DNA of 64,000 nt from contig NW_015165238.1 of NCBI RefSeq assembly GCF_001447785.1, forward strand, positions 281,633 through 345,632. The letters run 5' to 3'. The notes below the pieces were generated by a model that was given only the letters and a program-made list of their open reading frames with translations, was not told the origin of the DNA and did not search any database. Position 1 is the stretch's first letter; each line of letters opens with the position of its first letter. This DNA is from Gekko japonicus. Its lineage: Eukaryota. Positions 13,263-25,851 of this stretch are shown here, piece by piece. Both the position numbers and the translations under genes were made by a program.

Positions 13263-13866
13263 AGAGTTGATGTTAGGCTAGATAAGTATTTTGACCAACA
13301 GAGGGTACTGTAACAAAGACTGTATCTAGCCAGCAAGTAACTGGAAATGTAGCTTTTTGTCCAAGGTCAGAGAACTAAGGGAGGTGTTATAAATGCTGAC
13401 AGTTTGTTCCACTTCTATCAGTTGTGTGGAATACTGAGTCAATGAAGCTGGACTTCAGTTTTCTTTAAATGAACCATCAAAGCAGATAGCATGCCCTTGC
13501 CCTTTCATATGCTTCTGGGTGAATTGGCACAGCTGGCACAAGCACTTAAACAGTGACTGGGCTTCTCTGGGGGAAATATGTCTCTAACAGTATAATCTTA
13601 AGTAAAGCAATTCCAGAATGCACTATAAATTCTGGAGGGGCACTTTCTACTTTGTGCACTTTAACCAGATGAAATTCGGATATCTGTGAAACAACCTTCT
13701 AACAAGGTTCAAAACTGCTCTGTTCTTGCAGCTTTTTGGAAAGGATGCAAAAAAAAAATTCTGAAAGGCCTATAGCAACTGAGCAAGAGGTTGTGGCCCT
13801 GTGTTCCCGGTGGTGTAAAGCTATTTTTTAAAATTTGCTTTTGATGTTATTTTACAAGGATTTCTC

Positions 13867-14414
13867 TGTTGTGGTCACGTGCCAGATAAAATGGGGGGGG
13901 GGAAGCGAGGTTATTCCCTCTGGAGGAATTTGACCCATAGTTGTGTGGTCACACAGTCCTTTGTAGCTGCGAGCACAGCCCACCACTGCATGATCAGATG
14001 CAACCGTGGGTGAGTTGGGGTTGTTGTTTTTTTTGCCATTTGTTTCCAATGCGCTTAAACAAGGAATCGATGAATTGCACCTCCGCATTGAGGGCTCCCT
14101 GTGGAGTGTGCAATGATGCGCATACTGAGAAGGGGGGGAACAATGGCACGGAGTCGGGATGGCCTGATCAGACCACCCCAACGCCATGAGAGTGCGCTGG
14201 AGCGATCAGACAGGTGAAAGTCCGTCTGTGGCCCATAGCAACCCATTTGCTACTGGACTTTCCCCGGTGCCTGTTTACTCTGTTTCTGCAGCGGAGCAAC
14301 ATGGGTTGCTGATGGCTGCGGGATGCTTCCCAGATGTTCGTGTCTGATTGCGCCCTTTAAATCTGCCCGGCATTAATGCCTATGTTGGGGCTAATTGTGC
14401 ATATGATCGCAGCC
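13867..14414. mobile_element. Older Harbinger-like MITE
   Basis: Decayed TIRs TGTTGTGGTCACGTGC / GCATATGATCGCAGCC; 3-bp flanking repeat CTC. Confidence 0.6.
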
Positions 14415-14429
14415 CTCATTTATTTTCTA

Positions 14430-14635
14430 CAATCACAATTTTATTCATCTCTCCTTTCAAAGAGCTCGAGGTGATGTACATTGTCCTTCCTTTCCCTGTG
14501 TATTCTCATCACAGCAACCCTGAATGATAGGTTAGCCTGAGTGATTGGACCATGGTCATCCAGCAAGCTTCATAGTGGAGTGGGGACTTCAACCTAGTTT
14601 TCCCGGCTCCAAGTCCCACATTCTAACCACTACAC
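14430..14635 (-). mobile_element. Old tRNA-derived SINE
   Basis: Same architecture as the other SINE copies (..CATGGTCATCCAGCAAGCTTC..TCTAACCACTACAC), more diverged. Confidence 0.55.
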
Positions 14636-14772
14636 GTTGACATCTAAAGAGGTAACACTATTAGGAAAATCAATGTCAACACTAGAGCCCACCCAATTAA
14701 GAATTATCTTGTGTGGAGAAGGACGACCTCTCATGAGAGGGTGATGGGCCTCATGAGAGGACATCCTGTCAG

Positions 14773-15200
14773 ATAGGGATGTGTAAGGAAAAAAAAGATA
14801 TTTTTTTTTCAGATTTGTTTTTTTGTTATTGATTTAAAGACCTGAATTCCGATATTGGTATTGTATTGGAATTTGGGTAACATTTGGGACCCCGAATTTT
14901 TCAGCTCCATTATACCCTATGGGGCCATTATAGTCAATGGTAAATCTCCCAGGGCACCCAATTTGCAGTGCAGCTGCTGGAGCTTCTCCCCAAAATAACT
15001 CCCAAGTTTCAAAAAGATTGGACAGAGGGCAAAGAGGGTGCCCCCATCCTCCATTGTTTCCAATGGTGGGGGGAAAGCAAGGCAGGGATACAACAAGCCC
15101 AGCAGATTCTCCCAGAGAGTGTCTGCAGCAGAGAGTGAGGTGTGGGGAGAGGGCATGTTTCCAAGGCCAGCAGCAGAACCAGCACATGTTTCCAGCAGAA
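14773..15200. mobile_element. hAT-like non-autonomous DNA transposon fragment
   Basis: Begins TAGGGATG (Ac-like terminus) with subterminal CCGA motifs; abuts and truncates the 3' end of the OR pseudogene. Confidence 0.45.
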
Positions 15201-15214
15201 CGAGGGCCAAACCC

Positions 15215-16443
15215 CAACAGATTTTACCACTTTATTTCTCAAACTATAAATGATGGGGTTAAGCAGGGGGTTAGGATGGTGTAGATGACAGAGCTTTTCA
15301 TTCTATTGGTGCTTGGAGCCACATAGACAATAATCAGTGTGCCATAGAAAATGGTGACCACCAGAGGTCGTTTCGTAGAAAAAGAGCTAGGAGAACTCAT
15401 TAGCATAACTCATTAGCATATGCCACACCCCCTGACATCAGGGGCTCGACGGTGGACCTGCAAGGCCGGCGGGAGTGCGAGGAAGCCCCGCCAAGGCCCT
15501 CCCTGGCCCCAGGCAGGCAGGGGTGGGGAGAGGCGGGGAGGAAGCAACTTACCCTCCCTCTTCTCCTGCCTCCTCCTGGCTGAATGAGGGCCGGAAGCGG
15601 GGTGGCCGGAAGCAGGGGGCGGGGCTTCGTCATGTGCCCCACCCCCGTACCTCACCCGGGGGAACTGCAATCCCCCGCGATCCCCCCCAAATCGACCTCT
15701 GGTGACCACAAAGCGATGGGATGGAAATGTAGAAAATGTCTTTTGCTTCCCAGCAGTGAAAGGGATTTTCATTATTGCTTCAGTGATGGAAATATTTGAT
15801 GTTAGGGTTAATATAAATTCAAGGATGGTAAATATAGAGCATAATATATACATTTACAGTTTTAATATGTGAGTGTCAAACAATAGTTCTATGAATGGAA
15901 AGGTATCACAAAAGAAATGGTCTATTTTGTGGGCCCACAAAAAATTTACTTCAACACAAAGATTAATGAGAGTGTATTTGCCAAAAACCCATTAAACCAA
16001 GAGCCACCTATCAGCTGGAGACATAACTTGCCATTCATCATGTTGTCATAATGCAACAGTTAACATATAGCTAGGTAATGGTCATAGGACATTGCAGATA
16101 AGAGGTAGAATTCTCTTAAAGAACCAAATAAACCATGTTGCTCAAAGCATTCATTGACTGAAATTGTCTTCTTCCCTCTATGGAAACTAGATAATATTCC
16201 AGGCATGATATTTATGTTGCTGCAAGTCTCCAAGAAGGAGAGGTTCCCAAAGAAAAAGTACATGGGGTTGTGAAGGTGTTGGTGAGTTGCAACTAGCAGT
16301 CCCCAGCCATAGTTGCAATCCAGATTAGAAGAAACTGCAAGAACAGAAGAACTTGAAGGGCCTGGTGATTCCCATATCCCAGCAGAATGAAATCTGTTAT
16401 GTTTGTTTCATTTCTTTGTCCTTTATATTTCTAGAAACTGCAT
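15215..16443 (-). pseudogene. Olfactory receptor pseudogene (OR11/OR6-like)
   Basis: N-terminal NETNITDFILLG, PMYFFFGNLSFLE, MSYDHYLAIC, GKQKTFST, VVTIFYG, LRNK motifs; early TAA, frameshifts, deletions and a hAT insertion. Confidence 0.9.
15362..15701. mobile_element. hAT MITE inserted in TM6 of the OR pseudogene
   Basis: TIRs CAGAGGTCG / CGACCTCTG; exact 8-bp TSD GTGACCAC (15354-15361, 15702-15709); GC-rich interior. Confidence 0.9.
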
Positions 16444-16819
16444 CTGCAGAATGAAAAATAATCACACGTAATTGCTGGGGTATCTTAGATGGCCATTCGC
16501 CAACTATGAGTGTGAACAAGCAGATGTATGCATGGATATAAATAGGAAGTTTATACCTTGGTCTTGGGTATTCACAGAAACTCTGTGGAAATTATATCTG
16601 TTTTCAGATTCAAATTCAAATGTGCTTTCACATGTGGATGCTGTTCTTTGCTTTGAACGGGATACGCATTTGGATGTGCATCTCTGTGTATATATCCCTG
16701 ATTAGCCTGCACAGGAGTGTGTTCACCCAGATGCAAAAGAGATCTACTGAAGGCAGGTGTCAAGAGGCATCCACAGATCAAGGGCTGCCAACAGCTTACG
16801 TTCACACTCAAGTGTCAGG

Positions 16820-17030
16820 GGAGACCACTCTTTGTGGAATCAACATTGTAGAATCGTCCTTGTGGAATCCAGCAACCTTCCATCCCATGGTTCTCCCCAC
16901 GCCAGCAGGCAGGCTGTTTGAGGTGGAGTACATCGATTGGCAGGTGGGTCAGTCGATACCAGGATTTGGTGGACCCATGCTGTGCCAAGGCTTCTTACAC
17001 ATTTTATTCCAAAGTGTTGTATGTGATTGT
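16820..17030 (+). mobile_element. DIRS/Ngaro terminal-repeat fragment
   Basis: GGGTCAGTCGA..GGTGGACCCATGCTGTGCC is the reverse complement of the Ngaro repeat core at ~53085-53125. Confidence 0.5.
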
Positions 17031-17434
17031 ATGGCAGGTAGTGTAAAGGGGTCCTCGCCTCTGCAGCCCTCTCCCTTTCTCTGGGTGCTGGGACTGCAAA
17101 CAAGACTGTTTAGAATACCAGCAGGTTCAGATGGACAAATCTTACATAGAACAAGTACATAGCTTACTCTAAAACACATATGCATAATAATATCAGGATG
17201 AAGAATAATCACAATAATGGATGCAGGATTCTTGTATCAAAATCGTTACCTACGGCATGAGATTATAAACATAAATATAGATAATAAGAAACTAAGTTTT
17301 TTCCCTCACTTTTAAAGTCTCAGGAACTGTCACTGCCCACTCATTTTATAATGAGAGAAGTAGACACTACAAGCTTTCCTCTTTGAGATGAAAGGAAAAT
17401 TGTTTATCATATGAATGCTTTCTCCCATTTGTAA

Positions 17435-18382
17435 TCATGTGATCGAGATTAATTTATTCAGATATTTTCTCAAGGCCCTGTTCACTTCTTTATTCCGTAG
17501 TGTGTAGATAAGGGGATTGAATAATGGTGTCAGAAGAGTATAGAAGACCGAGAGGATTTTGTTCAAGTTCTTGGAAGAAGGAACCAAGTACACAGCTAGG
17601 AGACTTCCATAAAATATAGTAACAACTATTAGGTGGGAGGAACAGGTGGAAAAGGCCTTTTGTTTCCCTATGTTAGTTGGAATTCTCAGGATGGTATTGA
17701 TGATACAAATGTAAGAGGTCAGAGTCAAAGCAGTGGGGAATACTGATATAATGCTACAAACCACGGATAGTGCTATTTCTGCCAGACTCGTGTCATTACA
17801 AGCCAGTTTTATCAGGGGTGGGAAATCGCAAAAGAAATGATCAATTTCATTGGATTTGCAAAAAGACAAATTGGATGTTAATGCAATGACTACAGTGCTG
17901 CCCAGAAGACCACTCCCCCAGCAATAGATAGCTAGCTGGATAGAAATTCTGGCATTCATAAAAACAGAATAACGGAGTGGTTTGCATATTGCTAGGTATC
18001 GATCATAGGACATAACAGCTAATAGATAACATTCAGTGGCTGCCAAGGTGCCAAAGCTGTACAACTGAGCCAGGCATGCTAAAAGAGAAATGGTTTTGTC
18101 TCCAGTCAGAAAGCTGACCAACATTCGAGGGATAACAGTAGATGTGTAACAAATCTCCAGGCTTGACAAGTTCCCCAGGAAGAAGTACATGGGAGTATGG
18201 AGGTGATGATCAGCCACAAGAAGCAGAACAATGAGGATGTTTCCAGTCATGGTCATAAGGTAGACGACCAGAAATACTAGGAAGAGAAGAATCTGTTGTT
18301 GGGGGAGTTCCCTGAATCCCAGCAGGATGAAAATGGTGACAACCGTTTCATTTCTCCATTGTCCACTTGCTATGGGTTGCAT
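17435..18382 (-). CDS. Olfactory receptor, intact (OR11/OR6/OR10-like), 315 aa
   Basis: GN in TM1, LHTPMYFFLGNLS, MSYDRYLAICKPL, KAFSTCSSHL, PLFNPLIYTLRNKE; ATG directly after acceptor tttctccacag (ORF track extends to 18427 through intron). Confidence 0.93.
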   Translation of the reverse strand: MQPIASGQWRNETVVTIFILLGFRELPQQQILLFLVFLVVYLMTMTGNILIVLLLVADHHLHTPMYFFLGNLSSLEICYTSTVIPRMLVSFLTGDKTISLLACLAQLYSFGTLAATECYLLAVMSYDRYLAICKPLRYSVFMNARISIQLAIYCWGSGLLGSTVVIALTSNLSFCKSNEIDHFFCDFPPLIKLACNDTSLAEIALSVVCSIISVFPTALTLTSYICIINTILRIPTNIGKQKAFSTCSSHLIVVTIFYGSLLAVYLVPSSKNLNKILSVFYTLLTPLFNPLIYTLRNKEVNRALRKYLNKLISIT

Positions 18383-18909
18383 CTGTGGAGAAATGCAGAC
18401 ACTGTGAAAAGTTTGCTTTTCTTCCATGTCATAAATTTGAGTGTGGAACTGTGATTATGGGCTGATTAAACTCACTACTAGCAAAAGAGTACATTCATAT
18501 TCAGAAGGAGATTTAAAATTCATTTAGAATGAAGACATAGGTTTAAATTTAAGAAAGCTGAACATGGTATAATAGAGGCATCATGGAGCACAGAATGCAT
18601 GTTCATTCCACAAACATTCCATTAACAACTGGCAATGCCATATCCCTCCTTGCTACATTGGAGACACCATTTGGTAATGAAATAAATGAATGCCTATGTC
18701 TTCAGAAGTGAGGACTATAGCACACTGTATGTTTTAAATATATACTCAGCGCAGACATAACTGTGAATATTTCTGCTGTCTTCTTCCCATGGAAACTCAC
18801 TGTGATTACCCAAAACTATTAATTGTATACATAAGTCTACAGAATACATTACCTTCAAGGCTGTGATGCAGAGTGCTTCAGTATCCTCAGTCTACCTCTT
18901 GTTCATTGG

Positions 18910-20224
18910 TTGCTTAGTAATCAAACTTGGATATGGTAAATAAACTGCAGCTGATTGTTTGAGGCAAGCATTATTTAATGTCCTTCCATGGTTGAGTGAA
19001 TCCCCATTGGATATGTTAAGATGAATGCACTGTGATCCACACTTGATTAAAACATTTTACATCAATTATACTGTCTCAGTGAGAACCACCAAGGAACTGC
19101 ATCTTCACTTCCCTAGTGAATTACTAAACTTAATGTTTTTACCTGCTGCAGGTAGGAAAGGAAATCTTTCAAAATCAGCCACAGAATATTCTTTACTGAA
19201 ATTTAGTTATTTCATGGCATATTTTTAAAAAGATGTTATTCATGTTTTATTTTTTATTTATTTGTTTTACTAAAGGGAGCAAAACAAAGCATGACACCAT
19301 GGGACCAAGATGGTGTTGGTCGCGTTTATGGACGATCTCCATAGACAACTGGATCAAGGCGGGGCTGTGTTGCTATTTTTACTCAACCTGATGGAAATGT
19401 GGGGCACCCCATAAAGACGTTTCGCTCCAATTTTATGCTCAAACACTTTTAGGGCCGCAGGAACATACTGGTTTCCCTTGGTAAAAAAACAACAACAAAA
19501 AACACACAAACAAAAAACAAAAAACAAAAAAATGGGTTATTGCTAGCACACAGCTTTAATTGCTTCTGAATTGTGTGCTACCCACCTAGCACTATGGTAA
19601 AAATTAATTCCCAAATATTTAAAACTCTTCACCTGTTCAATGGCTTTACCCTTAACATGCCAATTGATAGGTTTCCAGGAATCGCCGAACACCATTATTT
19701 TAGTTTTGTCAAAATTCACGGATAACCCATTGCTTAGTAATGAAACCTGGATATGGTCAATAAACTGCAGCTGATGGTTTGAGGCAAGCATTATTTAATG
19801 TCCTTCCATGGTTAAGGGAGTGAATCCCCGTTGGATATGTTAAGATGAATGCACTGTGATCCACACTTGATTAAAACATTTTACATCAGTTATACTGTCT
19901 CAATGAGAACCACTAAGGAATTGCATCTTCGCTTCCCTAGTGAATTAATAAATTTAATGTCTTTACTTGCTGCAGGTAGGAAAGGAAATCTTTCAAAATC
20001 AGCCACAGAATATTATTTACTGAAATTTAGTTATTTCATGGCATATTTTTTAAAAAAGATGTTATTCATGTTTTTTTTAATTTATTTGTTTTACTAAAGG
20101 GAGCAAAACCAAGCATGACACCATGGGACCAAGATGGTGTTGGTCGCGTTTATGGACGATCTCCATAGACAACTGGATTGAGGTGGGGCTGTGTTGCTAT
20201 TTTTACTCAACCTGATGGCAATGT
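18910..20224. repeat. Local ~490-bp duplication (18910-19400 and 19730-20224) separated by a LINE fragment
   Basis: Near-identical ORF-track translations MHCDPHLIKTFYI.YTVS.RTTKELHL at 19025 and 19849. Confidence 0.92.
19400..19735 (-). mobile_element. Non-LTR retrotransposon RT C-terminal fragment (RTE-X-like)
   Basis: LSVNFDKTKIMVFG..W.VKGKAIEQVKSFKYLGINF. Confidence 0.65.
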
Positions 20225-21560
20225 TTGACACAGTCAATTATGATTTGTTGACCCACCACCTTGCCAATGTGGGGATTTGGGGGACAGCCTTGAAATGGCT
20301 TGTCTCATTTGTCCAAGGTCAGGGACAGAGGATGATGCTAGGAGAGAGAGTGTCACCACAATACCCTTTGGTGTCTGGTGTTCCCCAAGGAGCAGTTCCC
20401 TCTCCAATGTTATTTAACATCTATATGTGCCCCCTCACCCAGCTGGTATGAAGTTTCAGGCTGGGATGTCATCAGTATGCAGATGACACCCAGCTGTATC
20501 TGTTAATGGATGGTTGGCTGGATGCTACTTTGGATTAGTATTTGGAGGCTGTGGCCAGATGGCTGAAGCAGAGCCAGCTGAAATCAAATCCATCTAAGAT
20601 AGAGGTTCTGTGGCTGGGCTGGGGGGATTCATGGTTGGGAATCAGGATGCCAACTCCCTGCTATTGACAATGTGCCTTTTACACCAGTGACGATGCTCAA
20701 TTTTAGGTGTGATTCTGGATGCCCCCCTTTCAATGAAGGTCCAGATCACAAATGTGACCAGACTAGGGTTTTTCCATCTACACCAGGTTAGGCAATTGGT
20801 CCCCTTCCTGACTTGCCCTGACTTAGCTACAGTGATCCATGCAATGGTCACCTCCAGGTTAGATTACCTCCAGGTCTAGATTGCTCTAGACAAGGTTACC
20901 CTTGAGTCTGATCCAGAAACTTCAACTGATCCAGAATGTGGTGGTGTGTGTTCTTACGGGAACCCCAGTTACAGCCCACATCCAACTGGTGCTCTGCCAG
21001 CTGCACTGGCTCCAGGCTGAATAACAGATCAGGTTCATGGTTTTGGTACTAACCTTTAAAGCTCTAAACAGTCTAGGACCAGCATATCCCAGGACAGCCT
21101 CTCCTGGTATACCCCTCCAAAGAGCATTACACTCAATGAATAACAACTTAATGGTGATCCCTGGCCCAAAGAGTAGTCAGTGGTCCTTGACCACTTGGTG
21201 GTCCTTGACCAGCTTGGTGGAACTCTCTGTCAACTGAGACCCGGGCCCTGCGGGATCTGATGCAGTTCTACAGGGCCTGTAAGAAGATTTTCTGCTAGGC
21301 CTATGTCAGAGGACAACTATGAGTTCTATCTGTCAATGATGGGTTTTATCTGTTACCTACCTGTATGATATCTACCTCCCCTTAAAGAAGAGGCAGTGTG
21401 TTGTGTTTCCCTTTTAAATCTCATCTTATTGATGCCAGCATTACCGTAAAAGTCATTTTAATAGTGTTAATTTATGAATATTATTGTCATCTGCTCTGAG
21501 CCCTGTTGTACAGGGGAGGGAGGGTTATAAATCTAAAATAAATAAATAAATAAATAAAAT
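20115..21560 (+). mobile_element. L2 LINE, 5'-truncated, decayed RT
   Basis: ..FDTVN..GTALKWL..SGVPQGAV.SPMLFNIYM..HQYADDTQLYL motifs with stops; (TAAA)n tail near 21540. Confidence 0.85.
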
Positions 21561-22089
21561 AAAAGCCACATACATCCTTTATTCCAGCTGCAGTTTTCAT
21601 GGACTTTTTCATATGCTCTGATTGGAACATCATTATGTAGTCATCTGGGTACATTGGACTTGGGAAGAAACAATGTGAAGAAAACAGGCTCCTTTTCTGC
21701 TGATCATACAGGACAATGGATATGAAAAATAGAAAACCAATAATCTTACCCAGAATTACAGGGTATGTGACCAACCCTGACTGAAAAATGTGAACTGCGT
21801 CCCACATATTGTGCCTTTATAGGTGTCTGAAATAGAGGCTTATCAAAACCCTTTCAGGAAGCTAAATGTGGCTTGCATATAATTGGAATTTACCTTAATG
21901 GCTAAAAAAAAAAAAACTGATAAATTTTCACATGGAATTTTCCCAGGGATGGATTGGCCATCAATATACCTAGGAAGAGCCCTGATGGTCTGGTGGGACC
22001 TCCCATTGGGGCCACAACAGCTCAGATGGGGTGGGTGCAAGTCAGAGCTACAGGGTAGAAGGACTTGCTGTGGCAAGGGCCTATGTTTG

Positions 22090-22435
22090 TCTAGTACAGC
22101 TTGGCCTTGGTGAGGGATGGGATGTACCCACCTGGCCTTGATGCAGTGAGAGATTGGACTTGCCCTCCTGGTCTTGCCACAGTAAGTGATGCACCCAACC
22201 TACCTCACCATAGCAAAAGAAGTGGAGGACCTGCCCAGCTTCAGTACAGTGAGTGACACACTGGATCCTCCCATCCTTGCCATGATGATAGATGATGATG
22301 GGTAGGGCAGGCCTGCCTAGCCTCACCATGACAAGGGATAGAACAGGCCCATCCAGTTTTGCCAAAGAGAGCGATGGGATGGGTTTGCCCAGCTTCTTTG
22401 AGGTGAGGGCTGGGATGGGCCCACCCAGCCTCAAT
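22090..22435. repeat. Degenerate ~36-bp tandem array
   Basis: Recurring GGCC(C/T)RCCCAGCC..YCAY..GAGGGATGGGATG units; 12-codon periodicity in ORF 22292 (GLPSL/GPSSF/GLPSF/GPPSL). Confidence 0.55.
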
Positions 22436-22653
22436 CTGCCCAGCTACCTAGCTTGGCTGTGCACTTCTTGCTTGGGTCTGGCTGGGCAGTGTTGACCTTC
22501 TTCTTTTGGAGGGGAGGGGCCCTTTTCCATGGCCATTCCTTCAACCCAGAATCTGCCCCTGGATTTTACTCAGGAACAATTTACTTAATTTCTATTTTGC
22601 ACAATTCCTGTGATCACTGAAATAAATCAAATAACTATATATGCCTAAAATCA

Positions 22654-22657
<4 letters not shown>

Positions 22658-22710
<53 letters not shown>
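22658..22710. repeat. (CT)n microsatellite
   Basis: About 26 perfect TC units. Confidence 0.95.
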
Positions 22711-22714
<4 letters not shown>

Positions 22715-24137
22715 ATCGTGGCTATGTCTATAATTCATCTAACAGTATGAACTGATTTTACCACAATTTCTCTTGATTTAAAAAAAATCTTTAGAGCTTT
22801 GCTAAATGTTGACTGGAAGATTTTAAAAAGAGAAAATAAAAGGGTCACACCAGTCACTAGGAAATAAAAAATAAAGCCAAGGCTGATGGTGCAAAATACG
22901 GAAATATATATATAATTACTCAGTTAAAATTCCCAGAATTTCCTACGTGTTTCACCAACAGGCTTCATTAAGGGAATCTGTTAGTCTTCCAGTAATTCTT
23001 CAAAAAGAGTACAAGATCAGCAGGCTGCCACTGTTGCTTAGTGAAGAGCTGATGAATTCCTGGAGTTGGATCCAGCCAGCTTTTCTACTGGTCAAAAATG
23101 GTACAAGGAGTCCTCTTGAGACAAGAAAATGGTAGGGCTGTCAGTAGTAGTGGAAGCAGATCTAACATTAGGTGGAACAAACTAATTCTGATTTTGTAGC
23201 TACCCTCTTCCCTTGCACCAATACCATATAAGCACTGATCCCTCTGCAGATATCAACGCTACCTCTTCTTTTGCTAATTATCAATTTTACAAAACCTGCA
23301 CATCAGGAAATAGTTTTTGTCAGCTTTAATTTATGCTGCTGAGATACAAAAGACTCCAGGGAGCATGCCTGAAATAAATTAATAAGTACAAAAATGGCTC
23401 AAGCGCCTCTACATTTCCATTTCTTCTTCCTTTCAGGAACACATCAACAGCCAAAAGGGAAAGCAATGAGTAATGTTACATAGCTTCTTCTGAAGTCCTA
23501 CTTGTGGTCCAATAAATGTTTTGTTTGTAATTGTATAGCAAGATTTCAAAAAAGGAGAAGGATGGTAGAAGAATACAGGCATCAATGAACACAGCGAACA
23601 GTGGATCAGCAAGCATCAGTGATGCAACAGGTATTCAAGGAACTTAAATAACTGTTACTGAGATTCTATTGTGTATGCATAATGGTATCAACATCTCAAA
23701 ATGGTGGGAAAGGTGTTAAAAAGTCAACAGATGTATCAATGGAATAATGCACATCTAGCAAGAAAACCCAAAATTTTGTATATTCTGTTTCTGGAAACCT
23801 ATCAGGCCTTTGCTGGGAACAGCATTCTTGATGACCCAATAAGGTGCTTCCAATGTGTTTTTGGTGTGGCATTTGTGTAAGAAATGTCCTGCAGCTGTAT
23901 GACAGTTAAAAAGATTACCCAAAGCAACATACACACACACACATGGCAGAACCACTATGCGTTAAAAATTGGACCCAAATCCAAAGTTGGTTTAAATCTT
24001 CTTAGTACAATAGGTATATTTTTTCTTTATTTTTAAGCTTCATCTTCTAATAGACAATCCGTTAAGCTATGGTTTGTCATGCATAATTATGATGAACAGT
24101 CTAGGAAGCTACTTTTTGTTGAAATCCTATAATAACC

Positions 24138-24292
24138 TGGAACCTAAGGAGGGTTGGCCCTGGTTAGTACTTGGATAGGAGACCACTAAGGAAGGCCAAG
24201 ATTGCTATGCAGAGGCAGGCAATGGCAAACCACCTCTAAAAGTTTCTTGCCTTGAAAACCCTCTGTTGTGACCTGATGGCACTTTCTACCAC
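24138..24292 (+). mobile_element. 5S rRNA-derived SINE fragment
   Basis: GGAACCTAAGGAGGGTTGGCCCTGGTTAGTACTTGGATAGGAGACC matches 5S A/IE/C boxes, followed by a GGCAATGGCAAACCACCTC body. Confidence 0.75.
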
Positions 24293-24536
24293 CCTCATTA
24301 GTTAATTTTAGACTCTGGTCTTAATGGTCCAGATGGGAATGCATGCTTCAGAAACTAAAGCCCATTTCTAGTCTCCTTGCTTTGTATGTGATCCAGGTCT
24401 CTAGACTTTTGCCCTGAAGTCCTCTAGACTTTTGCCATGATGTCACTACTGATGAAAGCAAGCTTTTCCTTCATCTCCTTTATTTCTCAATGACAAATTT
24501 CCTTTTCTTTCTATAAAGGTTCATGCCAGTGAAGAA

Positions 24537-25475
24537 ATGGGAAATCAGACAACTGTCACAGAATTCTTCCTTTTGGGGTTTTCTGATCTCCCCGAACTCC
24601 AGATTTTACACTTTGTGGTATTTCTTTTCATTTACTCAACAGCCTTGGTGGGGAACTTCCTTCTCATCCTGACTGTGGTCCAGACCCAGTCCCTTCATAG
24701 TCCTATGTATTTCTTCCTTGTGAACCTCTCATTATCAGATGCTTGTTTTATCACTGCCACAGTCCCCAAATCCATGGTGATTTCATGGACAAGCAGCAAG
24801 CTGATTTCTTTCTCTGGATGTGTCATGCAGGTGTTCTTAGTGGTGACAGGAACCAGTGCTGAGTTGACCTTTCTCACTGTCATGGCTTATGACCGCTATG
24901 TCGCAATTTGTCACCCTCTGCAATACACAGTCATCATGAACAGTAATGCCTGTGTCCAAATGGCAGCAGCTTCTTGGATCAGCAGCATAATCAATGCCAT
25001 TATCCACACTGCAAACACATTTAGGTTACCTTTTTGCACCTGTAGCATAAAACAATTTTTCTGTGATATCCCCCAATTATTAATGATTTCTTGCACGGAC
25101 ACAACTGCCAATGTGTTGCTTTCTTTTGTTGAAGCCATTATCGTTGGCTCGTTTTGCTTTTTTTGTATATTAGCTTCTTACGGGTTCATCTTCTCTACTG
25201 TGCTGAAGATTGAGTCAGCCCAGACTAGGTCCAAAGCCTTTTCCACCTGCATCCCACACTTGACTGTGTTTTGCTTATTTCTTTCTACTGCTATGTTTTC
25301 TTACATGAGACCGAAATCCATATCTTCGGTAGCAATGGACCTGTTGGCTGCTGTATTGTACAGCGTTTTGCCGCCACTCCTGAATCCTATAATTTATAGT
25401 CTGAGAAACAAAGAGATCCAGGCAGCCATGCAGAAAATGTCAAAGAAGCTGTTTGGATTTTGCTTGATGACCTGA
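24537..25475 (+). CDS. Olfactory receptor, intact (OR14-like), 312 aa
   Basis: MGNQT glycosylation site, LHSPMYFFLVNLS, TVPKSM, MAYDRYVAICHPLQY, KAFSTCIPHL, PPLLNPIIYSLRNKE. Confidence 0.95.
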   Translation: MGNQTTVTEFFLLGFSDLPELQILHFVVFLFIYSTALVGNFLLILTVVQTQSLHSPMYFFLVNLSLSDACFITATVPKSMVISWTSSKLISFSGCVMQVFLVVTGTSAELTFLTVMAYDRYVAICHPLQYTVIMNSNACVQMAAASWISSIINAIIHTANTFRLPFCTCSIKQFFCDIPQLLMISCTDTTANVLLSFVEAIIVGSFCFFCILASYGFIFSTVLKIESAQTRSKAFSTCIPHLTVFCLFLSTAMFSYMRPKSISSVAMDLLAAVLYSVLPPLLNPIIYSLRNKEIQAAMQKMSKKLFGFCLMT

Positions 25476-25851
25476 TAAACTTCCCAGTGAAGTGAACCCA
25501 ATTACATTAATATGAATAGCTGAGGTGTACTGTGATGGCTACCGATGTATACATATTGTTAGGTTATTTTTACCGTGTATAATTTAATTGCAATGCTTTT
25601 TACCAATGTAAATGGTGGCTATAAACTGATGCAGTTATATAAATGATGATTTTCTGTGCATGGAAAACTTGGCATGTTGGGGAATATTGTTCTGAACTAA
25701 AGTAGCTGTTTTGGTGCTTGATGTGTGTGAATGCACAGTCCATCACCTGCAGTTTAAATGGTTGCAATCTAGAAAGAACCATGATATGATTATGTTGTGT
25801 AAAGGGACATGCTCATACAGAGGCTACAGTATTATTATTACCCAGTCATTA

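Noticed and set aside
18383-18427. 15-aa N-terminal extension of the first OR
   Set aside because: Runs through a pyrimidine tract and CAG acceptor shared with paralogues; most likely intron.
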